A stretch of 64,000 nt of DNA from Rickettsiales bacterium (GTDB taxonomy: Bacteria; Pseudomonadota; Alphaproteobacteria; Rickettsiales; CANDYO01): the NCBI GenBank assembly GCA_965228885.1, contig OZ245841.1, positions 21,168 to 85,167 on the forward strand, in the 5' to 3' direction. A model generated the notes under the pieces. The model was not told where the DNA came from and made no database searches. It saw nothing but the letters and a program-made list of their open reading frames with translations. This document shows, piece after piece, positions 10,247-19,399 of the stretch. The first letter of the stretch is position 1. Every line of letters starts with the position of its first letter. Position numbers and translations under genes: made by a program.

Positions 10247-11143
10247 ATGAGAAAATATATTCGATCGATGCCAACGAACTCAAAAATACATTCTGTAATC
10301 TCACTAGGCAGTAATTACTTTAAAAATCAGTATAGCACAGCCGAAGAAAGAATGGAAAAAACCTTTGTAAATTCATTAGAAATACCTGAACCTTCGTTAT
10401 ATGGGGTATTCCAAAGCGCAGATCATTATCTAAAGACTCTAAATTTGCTTATGCTATCTACTATAGAACCTCAACACAAGGAAGAACTTTTATTAAGAAA
10501 GATCATACCTGAATTGCAACAACATAGAAATTTACTGGATATTGGAACTGGAAGAGGAGATTTTACACAAATTATAGGAAAGTATTTTAACAATATAACT
10601 GCAGTAGATAACAGTGAAGAGGCCCTAAATAACCTACCAAGCTTTATTGAATCATCCCCCGTACATAAAGTAAAAGGATCTATCTTAGATTGCAACTTAA
10701 ATATCTATAACATTAAGTATGATATGATTCTAATATCACACACCATTTATTATATACCTCAAGAAGAAAGACTTCCTTTAATAGAAGACATGACTCAACT
10801 ACTTAGCAAAACAGGAGTTCTGGTCTTGGTATTTAATGATGAGGGAGACAGAGCGTCCCTAGGAAAACATTATGGAGCTATAGACTCGGGATTTAGCTCA
10901 ATTCATAATACTCTTCCTCAGTTACATAATAATTTTCAATTATATAGAATAGATGAATTTCTAGACGGAGGAGATTTAAATTCTATGATGCATATTGCAG
11001 GAATTTGCCTTAATGATTATGAAGTAAATGCCACAAAAGAGAGTCTATCTAGCTATCTAACAGAAAACTACTGTCCTAACAATATTTGCCAATTAAGCAT
11101 GACCCAAAACATTATAGTGATAGGACAAGATGAGAGTTATTAA
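10247..11143 (+). CDS. Class I SAM-dependent methyltransferase, small-molecule type
   Basis: Motif I LLDIGTGRG, post-I AVDNS, YDMILISHTIYY; overlaps the downstream kinase by 14 nt. Confidence 0.88.
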   Translation: MRKYIRSMPTNSKIHSVISLGSNYFKNQYSTAEERMEKTFVNSLEIPEPSLYGVFQSADHYLKTLNLLMLSTIEPQHKEELLLRKIIPELQQHRNLLDIGTGRGDFTQIIGKYFNNITAVDNSEEALNNLPSFIESSPVHKVKGSILDCNLNIYNIKYDMILISHTIYYIPQEERLPLIEDMTQLLSKTGVLVLVFNDEGDRASLGKHYGAIDSGFSSIHNTLPQLHNNFQLYRIDEFLDGGDLNSMMHIAGICLNDYEVNATKESLSSYLTENYCPNNICQLSMTQNIIVIGQDESY

Positions 11144-12866
11144 TAATATAAAACATAGTTTATGGTCAAACATGACTACTAACACTAGAGAGTCTGAACC
11201 ATACTTCACAATATTGGGATATTTCTTAGGAATCTCTTATCTAATTTTTTATATTTTTAATAAGGAAGTATCATCCCCAGAAATATATGAAAATGTATAT
11301 CTTAGAGTCACCATTACCATACTTGGATGGATCTTAGTATTTTACAAATATTGGCCCAAAATCTTAAAAACCATCTGTCCTTTATATTTCTATATAACTA
11401 TATTTATTAGTTTTCCCTTCTTTTTTTCTTTTATGCTTCTGCACAACCAAAACTCTACCATGTGGCATGTAAATGGATTAGTGGGCCTAGTATTTCTTGC
11501 AATTTTTGTGGATTGGATTTCTTTTTTACTATTATCCATTGCAGGGGCAACACTATCTGTAATATTATCCTCGGATAACATCACTTATAACTCTACCTTA
11601 TTAATTGCACTTAGCTCGTATGTAGCTCCTCTATTCTATCTATTAATCTTTTCTAAAAAGAAACAAACTCTTATAGAAGAAAGAAGTAAATATATTACTA
11701 AAATAAAAAAACTTAATGAAGACTTGGAACAAAAAGTACAACAACGCACGAAAGAACTAGAAAAAGCTTTAGCAGTTAAAACGGATTTTCTTAATAATAT
11801 GAGTCATGAAATTAGAACTCCAGTCCATGGGTTTACAGTTCTTTCCGAAGGATTAACAAAATCCTGGGATATATTAAGCGACGAAAAAAAATATAAATAT
11901 ACAAAAGATATTTCCACTAATGCAAAGCGCCTAGAGAACTTAATCAGTAGTATTTTAGACTTATCCAAATTTACTGTCGATAAAATGGTCTTAAATTTCA
12001 AACAAGTGGATTTTAACAAAATAATTGAAGATATTATAGAAGAATGCAAGGGATTATATTTATCTAAAAAGCATATTAATATTGAATATATATCAAATGG
12101 TGAATGCATGATCACCTCCGATCATGAAAGACTTGGCCAGGTATTACGTAATTTATTTTTTAACGCCATAAAATTCACCCCAGATAATGGACATATAAAA
12201 GCTAGCTTTACAGTTAAAAATAATGAATGCCTTCACTTCACCATTAGCGATTCCGGTATAGGAATTCCAGAGCAAGAATTAGATTCTATATTTGAACCAT
12301 TTACTCAAAGCAGCTTTACCAAAACTTCAGCTGGAGGCACGGGGCTTGGGCTTGGAATTTGTCAAAATATTATTAAAGCGCATTCCGGACTCATTTGGGC
12401 AAATAACAACCCTAAAGGAGGTGCCAGCTTTCACTTTACCATCCCAACAAACCAAGGATCATCTACTCACTCTTGCAGCTCACATCCCCCCCCTTCCAAA
12501 ACCATTCTAATGATTGATGACGAAGAAATATGTAGAACAAGCATGGAAATCTTACTTCTAGAAACAGAATATTCTTTAATCACAACTAATGGGGGTGATG
12601 CAGGTATGAAATATCTAAAACAACACTCTGATTCAATAGACATAGTATTATTAGATTTGATGATGGTGGATATGAATGGTCTAGAATTTTTCGAACAAAT
12701 GAAAGAAGACCCAAGACTTACTGAAATCCCAGTTATTTTACAAAGCGGAACTTCTAACCAAGATTTGATAAATAAAGCATATAAAGCAGGAATTTCTAGC
12801 TTCTTGAGAAAACCTTACCAAAAGAAAGATATCCTATCAGCAATACAAAAATCTTTGAGAATATAA
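11130..12866 (+). CDS. Hybrid sensor histidine kinase with a six-TM CqsS/LqsS-like input domain, HisKA, HATPase and REC
   Basis: Six hydrophobic segments including ENVYLR..WP and FPFFFSFMLLHN..STMW; H-box NNMSHEIRTP; NAIKFT, DSGIGI, GGTGLGLGI; REC MIDDEE...DLMM...KPY. Confidence 0.9.
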   Translation: MRVINNIKHSLWSNMTTNTRESEPYFTILGYFLGISYLIFYIFNKEVSSPEIYENVYLRVTITILGWILVFYKYWPKILKTICPLYFYITIFISFPFFFSFMLLHNQNSTMWHVNGLVGLVFLAIFVDWISFLLLSIAGATLSVILSSDNITYNSTLLIALSSYVAPLFYLLIFSKKKQTLIEERSKYITKIKKLNEDLEQKVQQRTKELEKALAVKTDFLNNMSHEIRTPVHGFTVLSEGLTKSWDILSDEKKYKYTKDISTNAKRLENLISSILDLSKFTVDKMVLNFKQVDFNKIIEDIIEECKGLYLSKKHINIEYISNGECMITSDHERLGQVLRNLFFNAIKFTPDNGHIKASFTVKNNECLHFTISDSGIGIPEQELDSIFEPFTQSSFTKTSAGGTGLGLGICQNIIKAHSGLIWANNNPKGGASFHFTIPTNQGSSTHSCSSHPPPSKTILMIDDEEICRTSMEILLLETEYSLITTNGGDAGMKYLKQHSDSIDIVLLDLMMVDMNGLEFFEQMKEDPRLTEIPVILQSGTSNQDLINKAYKAGISSFLRKPYQKKDILSAIQKSLRI

Positions 12867-12881
12867 TAGATAATTTTTAGA

Positions 12882-12956
12882 TGGAGCGGGTGAAGGGAGT
12901 CGAACCCTCGACATTTACCTTGGCAAGGTAACGCTCTACCACTGAGCTACACCCGC
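12882..12956 (-). tRNA. tRNA-Gly (GCC)
   Basis: Reverse complement gcgggtgtagctcagtggtagagcg-ttacc-ttGCCaa-ggtaa...ggttcgactcc...cacccgctcca. Confidence 0.97.
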
Positions 12957-13075
12957 TTATTTTTCCTCTACTATAAGGTAGAGTAGAAAAATATACCTAA
13001 GCAAAAAAATAATGCAAGTATAAACTTCAGATTTATTATAGTTTTTTAAAACCTGAAATTTATACTTTTTACAAA

Positions 13076-16000
13076 CTATATAAAAATCTGATCAATATTA
13101 AGCTTCTCCTCCCCAAAAAACATTACTGGAGATTCACTAAATGGTAATTTAGGCATCATATATTCATCTTGAGATATTGGAACATAGTACGAAGCATTCT
13201 GCAGTTTCATATCAAAATGATAAAAATCACCTAACTGAACATGTGGTTTGTTATCATCTAGTCTTTTTTGAACTTCTTTGATAGCGTCTTCATATTCTTC
13301 TTTTTCAGCATCTACTACCTTTACCTCAGGAAGTGAAGATAATGATATACTTATCTCTTGTAACTCTCCCTGAGAACTATCTTCCTCAGTAGAAACTTTA
13401 TGCTTCTTAACACCTTTATATCCTTTTTTGTTCTTTTTAGGAGGTGATTTAGCAACCGCTCCACCACCTCTACCATCATCACCACCATGATTATAAGCAC
13501 TTGTTGATGTCTCATTAGCAGAACCATAAAAACCATTAGGGTTGTATGGGGGATAAACAGGCATAGTAAATTGATTCCCCCATTGATCAATACAAACACC
13601 ATTTGGGTCCATATAAAAATGTTTTACACTACCATCATCAGGATTGAACATACAAGCATTACATACTACTGGAACAACAGGAGGTAATTGTTGCTGATCT
13701 TTATAATAAAAATGAATACCTTCTGGACCTGGAACGGAAATATATTCACCACTAATATTACTCACTGAACCACAGGAAGCTGCACTGCCATCTGTATGAC
13801 CACTGGAAATCGAAGATTCCATATCCTGATTCTTTCCATCATCTTGTATTTCAAACTCTTTTTTGTAATTTAGGCCCCCTGAATCTTGCTCATCTTTCAT
13901 TCCTTCTGAAGACGCTGTATTAACTGGTGAATTACTTACCAACTCTTTTGTACTTTCTTCTCCTGATTTATTTTTTGTCTTTTCTAATAACATTGCCTTA
14001 TAAGACTTTACCCCCACCTTACTAGGCTTATCTAAACTAGTTTCCTGCTCAACAGACTTCAAAGGTGAAGCTTTTTTAGAAGCTGTTTTAACCTTTGAAT
14101 TTCCCTTAATATCTTTTGAATTCTCTCTTTTCTGTGGTGACTTTATAGAGCCACCTCCTCCTGCTCCACCTGGCTTATCAGAACCACTTACAGCCTCAAC
14201 CTCTCTCCCTCCTTTTTTTGTTTTTTTATAAGAAATTTGTTGCCAATCATCTTCTACAATTTCTGGCCCAATTACGACCTGATTATTCAAGCTATAATCA
14301 CCTTCTTCATCTTGTTGCTCAGTTAGAGGCTGATTCTTTAATCCAGAATCATCGGAAGTTGTGTCTTCGGCTTTAATTTTTCTATCAAGATTAGTTTTCT
14401 TCTTTTTGATTTTATTCTTTTTCTTCTTACCTTTAGAAATACCGTCTTGAGATAAAACCTCATTAGGAGAAGCCACCTTAACTTCTAAATTAACAGAATA
14501 TGCTTTAGAAAGGCTAGCATCTTCTCCAAAAAGCAAAGAACCCTCTAAGCCAGTAATGTCCTTTATCGCTTTATTTGCTTTTTTCTTATTATCCTTACTA
14601 AATAAATTATTTTTTATAATCCACTCTAACTTGCGACGCTCACCTAGTAGAAAGTCTAGCTTTTTCTGATCTACGTTATTATCATCTAACTTTTCTTTTA
14701 TCCCTTGAAACACCTCTTGAAGAAATTTTTCTTTTTCTTCGTCGCTTAATTTTCCAAAAGAAAAAATAAAATCTTTTTCTATGACATCACTCTTATTTAA
14801 AATTTTCTGCGGACTTAGGGTATAAATTTTCGTATATTTAGAAAATAATTTCTTTGCCTTTTCCTTAAACTCTTGTCCTTCACACTTACTTAAAATATTT
14901 TCAAATAAATCAATACTTAAAAGACCTTTTTTGTATAATTTTGTTAAAATAATATCTTCTTGATCTTCTTCAGCAACTTCAATAATACTATATATTGTTC
15001 CCTCTCGAACTTCATTAATAGTGGCGTCTTTAACTGTCGTCACTTTAGAATTCCAATAACCTACAATATATTCAGCAATAAATGGTACAATAACGGCTTT
15101 TAATTCAGTATACTCATCACCTTTAGATTTTTTTAAAAGATTTTTATATAAATGTATTCCAGCCACTATAATATTCTTATTAGTGAAAATTTCTCTTAAA
15201 AGAGCCTCTCTTGTTTCATGCCCTGACCTTAAAATAATGAACCTTACTATTTCCACCTTCTCATGCTCGGTATAATGATTCCATGAAACAGAATTAAGAA
15301 ATTTTAGACAAGTATCGTGATCTCCCCTAATAAGAGCAGAAAACAAAATAGAAACAAATTTTTCCATATTATAAAAGAACACAGTCTCTGCTGACCCTGT
15401 ACGCAGATCCTTTTCTATTATAGAAAGACCATTATTAACAATAAACTCAACTATCTCTGCTCTATTAAACTTCACAGCCATAATAAGAACAGATTCTATG
15501 CATGTATTTATATACTTCTCTAAAGCAGACCTATTACCACTTAACGATCTAATTTTCATCAGCATAAGAGTAGTCACACGTGATTGCTCTCCCCTTATAA
15601 CATTAAGAAGCAAGTCTAGCTGCTCAAAGGGTATAATATCTTCACTAATATTAGATTTTACCCCTTGCCACTCTCCTTCCGATATATCTCCGGTCAACTC
15701 ACGCAATTCTGCTGGAGATAAATAGTCGCTAGCTTTACTCAACACAAGTGCTATAGGGCTTATTATTTTCAATGCAATGATATTCTTCAATAAAGCGCTA
15801 AATATTATAGGTGCATAATCTGCATAATTATCTGTTCTGCCAATACTTGCGCTTAACCCACCTTCAATAGTACTATTTGCTGCCTGCAAGAGAACCAAAG
15901 GAATATAATTATCAATTAGATAATTAATAATTTTTATTTCTTCTTTTAAACTACTTCCCTCTTCATTTTGAAAACCACTATCTGCAAGCAATTGCTGTAA

Positions 16001-16474
16001 TAAACTTGTCTTATTATCCTTAGCTTTTTTCATAATTTCTATTATCTTATCTTCAGATAATAAATTATCAATGAACCGTGAGTAATGCACTTTATCTAGG
16101 GCTATCTTTGTTAACTGATTAGACTTATTAAGTATTATTTGATTAATATCAATTATCAACTGCATCAGTTTAGTGTGCGTTTCCTTGGAGAATCCAATTC
16201 TTTCTAATAATTTTTCCCTCTCAATAGTTCCATCTGAAGTTGTAATTATTCTATATTGAAATGGCTCAGCCTCAAATGGTGGCCTTTGCATACCTAAACG
16301 CTGCCTAACATGCTCAAAAGGCACGGGCCCTGCCATCCCAGGAATATAATGGTCTATGGGAACATTACTGAACTGCATTCCTCGCCCCCTCATATTATTA
16401 TTTAAAAAATTCAATATATCTTGATCTGATTCAGTTGATTTTTCTTCTTCTGGCTTTTTTCCTTGCTCTTCCAT
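13076..16474 (-). CDS. Large hypothetical protein (1132 aa), candidate secreted effector
   Basis: Helical N-terminal half with one ankyrin-like segment (SVLIMAVKFNRAEIVEFIVNNG); low-complexity Lys/Ser-rich C-terminal half with polybasic clusters. Confidence 0.8.
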   Translation of the reverse strand: MEEQGKKPEEEKSTESDQDILNFLNNNMRGRGMQFSNVPIDHYIPGMAGPVPFEHVRQRLGMQRPPFEAEPFQYRIITTSDGTIEREKLLERIGFSKETHTKLMQLIIDINQIILNKSNQLTKIALDKVHYSRFIDNLLSEDKIIEIMKKAKDNKTSLLQQLLADSGFQNEEGSSLKEEIKIINYLIDNYIPLVLLQAANSTIEGGLSASIGRTDNYADYAPIIFSALLKNIIALKIISPIALVLSKASDYLSPAELRELTGDISEGEWQGVKSNISEDIIPFEQLDLLLNVIRGEQSRVTTLMLMKIRSLSGNRSALEKYINTCIESVLIMAVKFNRAEIVEFIVNNGLSIIEKDLRTGSAETVFFYNMEKFVSILFSALIRGDHDTCLKFLNSVSWNHYTEHEKVEIVRFIILRSGHETREALLREIFTNKNIIVAGIHLYKNLLKKSKGDEYTELKAVIVPFIAEYIVGYWNSKVTTVKDATINEVREGTIYSIIEVAEEDQEDIILTKLYKKGLLSIDLFENILSKCEGQEFKEKAKKLFSKYTKIYTLSPQKILNKSDVIEKDFIFSFGKLSDEEKEKFLQEVFQGIKEKLDDNNVDQKKLDFLLGERRKLEWIIKNNLFSKDNKKKANKAIKDITGLEGSLLFGEDASLSKAYSVNLEVKVASPNEVLSQDGISKGKKKKNKIKKKKTNLDRKIKAEDTTSDDSGLKNQPLTEQQDEEGDYSLNNQVVIGPEIVEDDWQQISYKKTKKGGREVEAVSGSDKPGGAGGGGSIKSPQKRENSKDIKGNSKVKTASKKASPLKSVEQETSLDKPSKVGVKSYKAMLLEKTKNKSGEESTKELVSNSPVNTASSEGMKDEQDSGGLNYKKEFEIQDDGKNQDMESSISSGHTDGSAASCGSVSNISGEYISVPGPEGIHFYYKDQQQLPPVVPVVCNACMFNPDDGSVKHFYMDPNGVCIDQWGNQFTMPVYPPYNPNGFYGSANETSTSAYNHGGDDGRGGGAVAKSPPKKNKKGYKGVKKHKVSTEEDSSQGELQEISISLSSLPEVKVVDAEKEEYEDAIKEVQKRLDDNKPHVQLGDFYHFDMKLQNASYYVPISQDEYMMPKLPFSESPVMFFGEEKLNIDQIFI

Positions 16475-16682
16475 ATACTCTCCATCTTAATTTTACATCT
16501 AAAAATGGATGATATATCACATAAAATTATTAAATTCTAGGTTTTTTCACTAATAATTATGATCTAAATACTTCTTAAAGTTTCTAAAATTAAAGTTTTA
16601 TTAGATATATCTTTAAGATGATTCTAGACAAACTAATAGAACCGACTATAGTTATTAGCATTATTGTCCTGCAAGCAATTTA

Positions 16683-17228
16683 TTGGTAAAAATATTGAAG
16701 CATAAAACAAGTAGTAGAAAAATAGCATTTTCTATAATATTATTAGTTGTAGGCATGACTATGCTTACATTTGCTGCAGTGCCAATTTATAATTTATTTT
16801 GTAAAGTTACAGGATATGGAGGAACAACCAAATATACTTCTATAGCCTCCACTAGAGTGGGCACTAAAATGATGAAGGTTCGCTTTGATGCTAATGTTGC
16901 TAACGATCTGCCTTGGAGCTTTAAAAGCGAACAAAATGAAGTTACTATTAGAGTTGGAGAAAATAATTTAGTTTTTTATAGTGCTGAAAATAAAACAGAT
17001 AAGCCTATAATAGGAACGGCAATTTATAATGTCACTCCACATAAAGCAGGAGCTTATTTTAATAAGATTCAATGCTTTTGTTTTGAGGAGCAATTATTAA
17101 AGCCCAACCAAAAAATGATAATGCCGGTATCTTTTTTTATAGACCCGGCAATTGAAGATGATAAAAATTTACAGGATGTGGATACTATTACTTTATCCTA
17201 TACTTTTTACCCAATAAGAGAGAATTAA
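16683..17228 (+). CDS. ctaG: Cytochrome c oxidase assembly protein CtaG/Cox11
   Basis: YNLFCKVTGYGGT, FNKIQCFCFEEQ, TLSYTFY. Confidence 0.97.
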   Translation: MVKILKHKTSSRKIAFSIILLVVGMTMLTFAAVPIYNLFCKVTGYGGTTKYTSIASTRVGTKMMKVRFDANVANDLPWSFKSEQNEVTIRVGENNLVFYSAENKTDKPIIGTAIYNVTPHKAGAYFNKIQCFCFEEQLLKPNQKMIMPVSFFIDPAIEDDKNLQDVDTITLSYTFYPIREN

Positions 17229-18044
17229 ATGAGTACCAAACAAAATCACCCATATCACTTAGTTGATCCTAGTCCACTGCCAATATTCACAGCATTCTCA
17301 ATGCTAATATTAGCTATTGGCGCTGTAATGTTTATGCATGATCAATTCCTTGGCAAATTGGTCTTACCACTGGGTTTTGTATTAGTATTATCATGTATGT
17401 TCTCTTGGTGGAGCGACGTGATAAAAGAAGGTCAACAAAAGCATCATAGTAAAGCCGTGCAGAATGGATTATCTATTGGAATGATGCTGTTTATTCTATC
17501 TGAAGTAATGTTTTTTGTTGCGTTCTTTTGGTCATTCTTTCATGCAAGACTCTTTCCTCATGAAATGATAGCTGATGAACCATGGTCTGTTATCTCTTCT
17601 ATATGGCCACCGAAAGGAATTGTACCTTTAGATCCATTTAATTACCCCCTAATTAATACTTTGATTTTATTACTTTCTGGAACCACAGTTACCTGGGCTC
17701 ATTATGCTCTGCATCATAGAATGCGTGAAGAAGCTTTGAAAGCCCTAAAAATTACTATATTTTTGGCTGTTTCATTCACCATGCTTCAAGCTTATGAATA
17801 TCATCATGCTAGCTTTGAATTCACCGAAGGCATTTATTCAACCAATTTCTATATGGCAACAGGATTCCATGGTTTCCACGTAATTATAGGAACCATATTC
17901 TTGTCAGTATGTTATTTTAGAGCAAAAAAAGGGCATTTTGATCATGGCAATAATATGCTTGGATTTGAGTTTGCCGCCTGGTATTGGCATTTTGTTGATG
18001 TGGTATGGATATTCCTATTCATTTTTGTGTATATATTAGGATAA
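17229..18044 (+). CDS. ctaE: Cytochrome c oxidase subunit III
   Basis: HPYHLVDPSP, LFILSEVMFF, FYMATGFHGFHVIIG, AAWYWHFVDVVW. Confidence 0.97.
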   Translation: MSTKQNHPYHLVDPSPLPIFTAFSMLILAIGAVMFMHDQFLGKLVLPLGFVLVLSCMFSWWSDVIKEGQQKHHSKAVQNGLSIGMMLFILSEVMFFVAFFWSFFHARLFPHEMIADEPWSVISSIWPPKGIVPLDPFNYPLINTLILLLSGTTVTWAHYALHHRMREEALKALKITIFLAVSFTMLQAYEYHHASFEFTEGIYSTNFYMATGFHGFHVIIGTIFLSVCYFRAKKGHFDHGNNMLGFEFAAWYWHFVDVVWIFLFIFVYILG

Positions 18045-18055
18045 CAAAAATTCCA

Positions 18056-18721
18056 CTACCTACCACGACCAGATTTAGCAGCTTTTTTAATAGAGTCGCC
18101 TATGGCTTTTGACCTTTCTGTTAATTTTTTATATTTCTCCTTGCTTCTTGCGGGTGACTTATCATTACCCATAAGTTTCCACTTTAAGCGTTTTACAAAA
18201 TTAATGTTATTTTTGATAATTTTTCTATCTAACTTACCTTTAACTTTTTCTAATCGCTTTTTTAAATCTTTAAAAGGAGCTCCTTCTAATTCTTGAGCCA
18301 CAGGATTCTTCATCTTATCTCGAGCTGCAATTAACGTAGATTCTTTTAAGTTGGCTCCTCTATCAACTAAATCTACAATAACCTTAGTATAAGGTTTTTG
18401 TTTATTTAAAGGCCTATTTTCTATCCTATCAACAAAATTTTCTAAAGGGGTTTTTCCCTCTTTATCTGGAGCATTAATATCTGCTCCCTGCACCATTAAC
18501 TTAGGTACAAGCGAGATTAAAAGCTCTGGATAAGCTCTTTTTATAGCATCATGTAATCTTTCCGTTGCTTGATATGAATTATATGATATTATATCGGTGA
18601 ACAACTGATCCACTTGCTTTGAATCATCATAATCAATAATCTCTTTATCTTCTGTCGCAGGTTTCTCTACAACCTTTTTCTTTTTTCTAAAGAATTCACC
18701 CATTCTTTTCATAAACTTCAT
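18056..18721 (-). CDS. Small ankyrin-repeat protein with a basic C-terminus
   Basis: LMVQGADINAPDKEGKTPL and LVDRGANL ankyrin motifs; ends AAKSGRGR. Confidence 0.75.
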   Translation of the reverse strand: MKFMKRMGEFFRKKKKVVEKPATEDKEIIDYDDSKQVDQLFTDIISYNSYQATERLHDAIKRAYPELLISLVPKLMVQGADINAPDKEGKTPLENFVDRIENRPLNKQKPYTKVIVDLVDRGANLKESTLIAARDKMKNPVAQELEGAPFKDLKKRLEKVKGKLDRKIIKNNINFVKRLKWKLMGNDKSPARSKEKYKKLTERSKAIGDSIKKAAKSGRGR

Positions 18722-18814
18722 ATTTTTTACCTAACAATCAATTCTCAAAGTTTTTATCTATTATAATAGGGTAATAGCCTAAGGGTAAATAAACAGTTAA
18801 CATTCCATAGATTA

Positions 18815-18843
18815 TTGACTTTTAGGTTATGGATTATTATATT
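18815..18843 (+). promoter_or_regulatory. Sigma70-like promoter for erpA
   Basis: TTGACT-N17-TATATT about 30 nt upstream of the ATG. Confidence 0.45.
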
Positions 18844-18873
18844 TATAGGAGTAACACATAAATATATGGCTCT

Positions 18874-19224
18874 ATGACTACAGCTGAATCAACGCAAGAT
18901 TTTTCACTCTCTGATAACGCCTGCAAGCGCATTGCATTTCTCATTAAGAAACGCAATGACCCACAAATAAAACTTCGCATATCAATAGAGGGAGGAGGAT
19001 GTTCTGGTTTCCAATATCGTTATAATTTTGTTTCTGAAGAAGCAACAAAAGATGATTTATATCTTGAAAAAGATGGAGCTAAAGTTTTGATTGACCTAAC
19101 CTCCCTAGAACTAGCAAAAGGATCCACCTTAGATTTCAAAGAAGATCTCAACGGGTCCTATTTTCAAATAAAAAATCCAATAGCTGCAAGTGGTTGTGGC
19201 TGTGGAAATTCATTTAGCATCTAA
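18874..19224 (+). CDS. erpA: Fe-S cluster insertion protein, ErpA/IscA (HesB) family
   Basis: LRISIEGGGCSGFQY and C-terminal NPIAASGCGCGNSF. Confidence 0.9.
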   Translation: MTTAESTQDFSLSDNACKRIAFLIKKRNDPQIKLRISIEGGGCSGFQYRYNFVSEEATKDDLYLEKDGAKVLIDLTSLELAKGSTLDFKEDLNGSYFQIKNPIAASGCGCGNSFSI

Positions 19225-19399
19225 GATCAGATTTTCAACCTACGCGAGAATAAAGCAATATTTTTATCAATTATTTCAATTTGCACGATAATATCTATTT
19301 ACAACTCCTTCAAAATCTCCTACTAATATTAATAACCAAGATTTATTCAACTATTACGAAAGTAATATTTGCTTGATAACCAAGTAAACAGGGGCGGTT

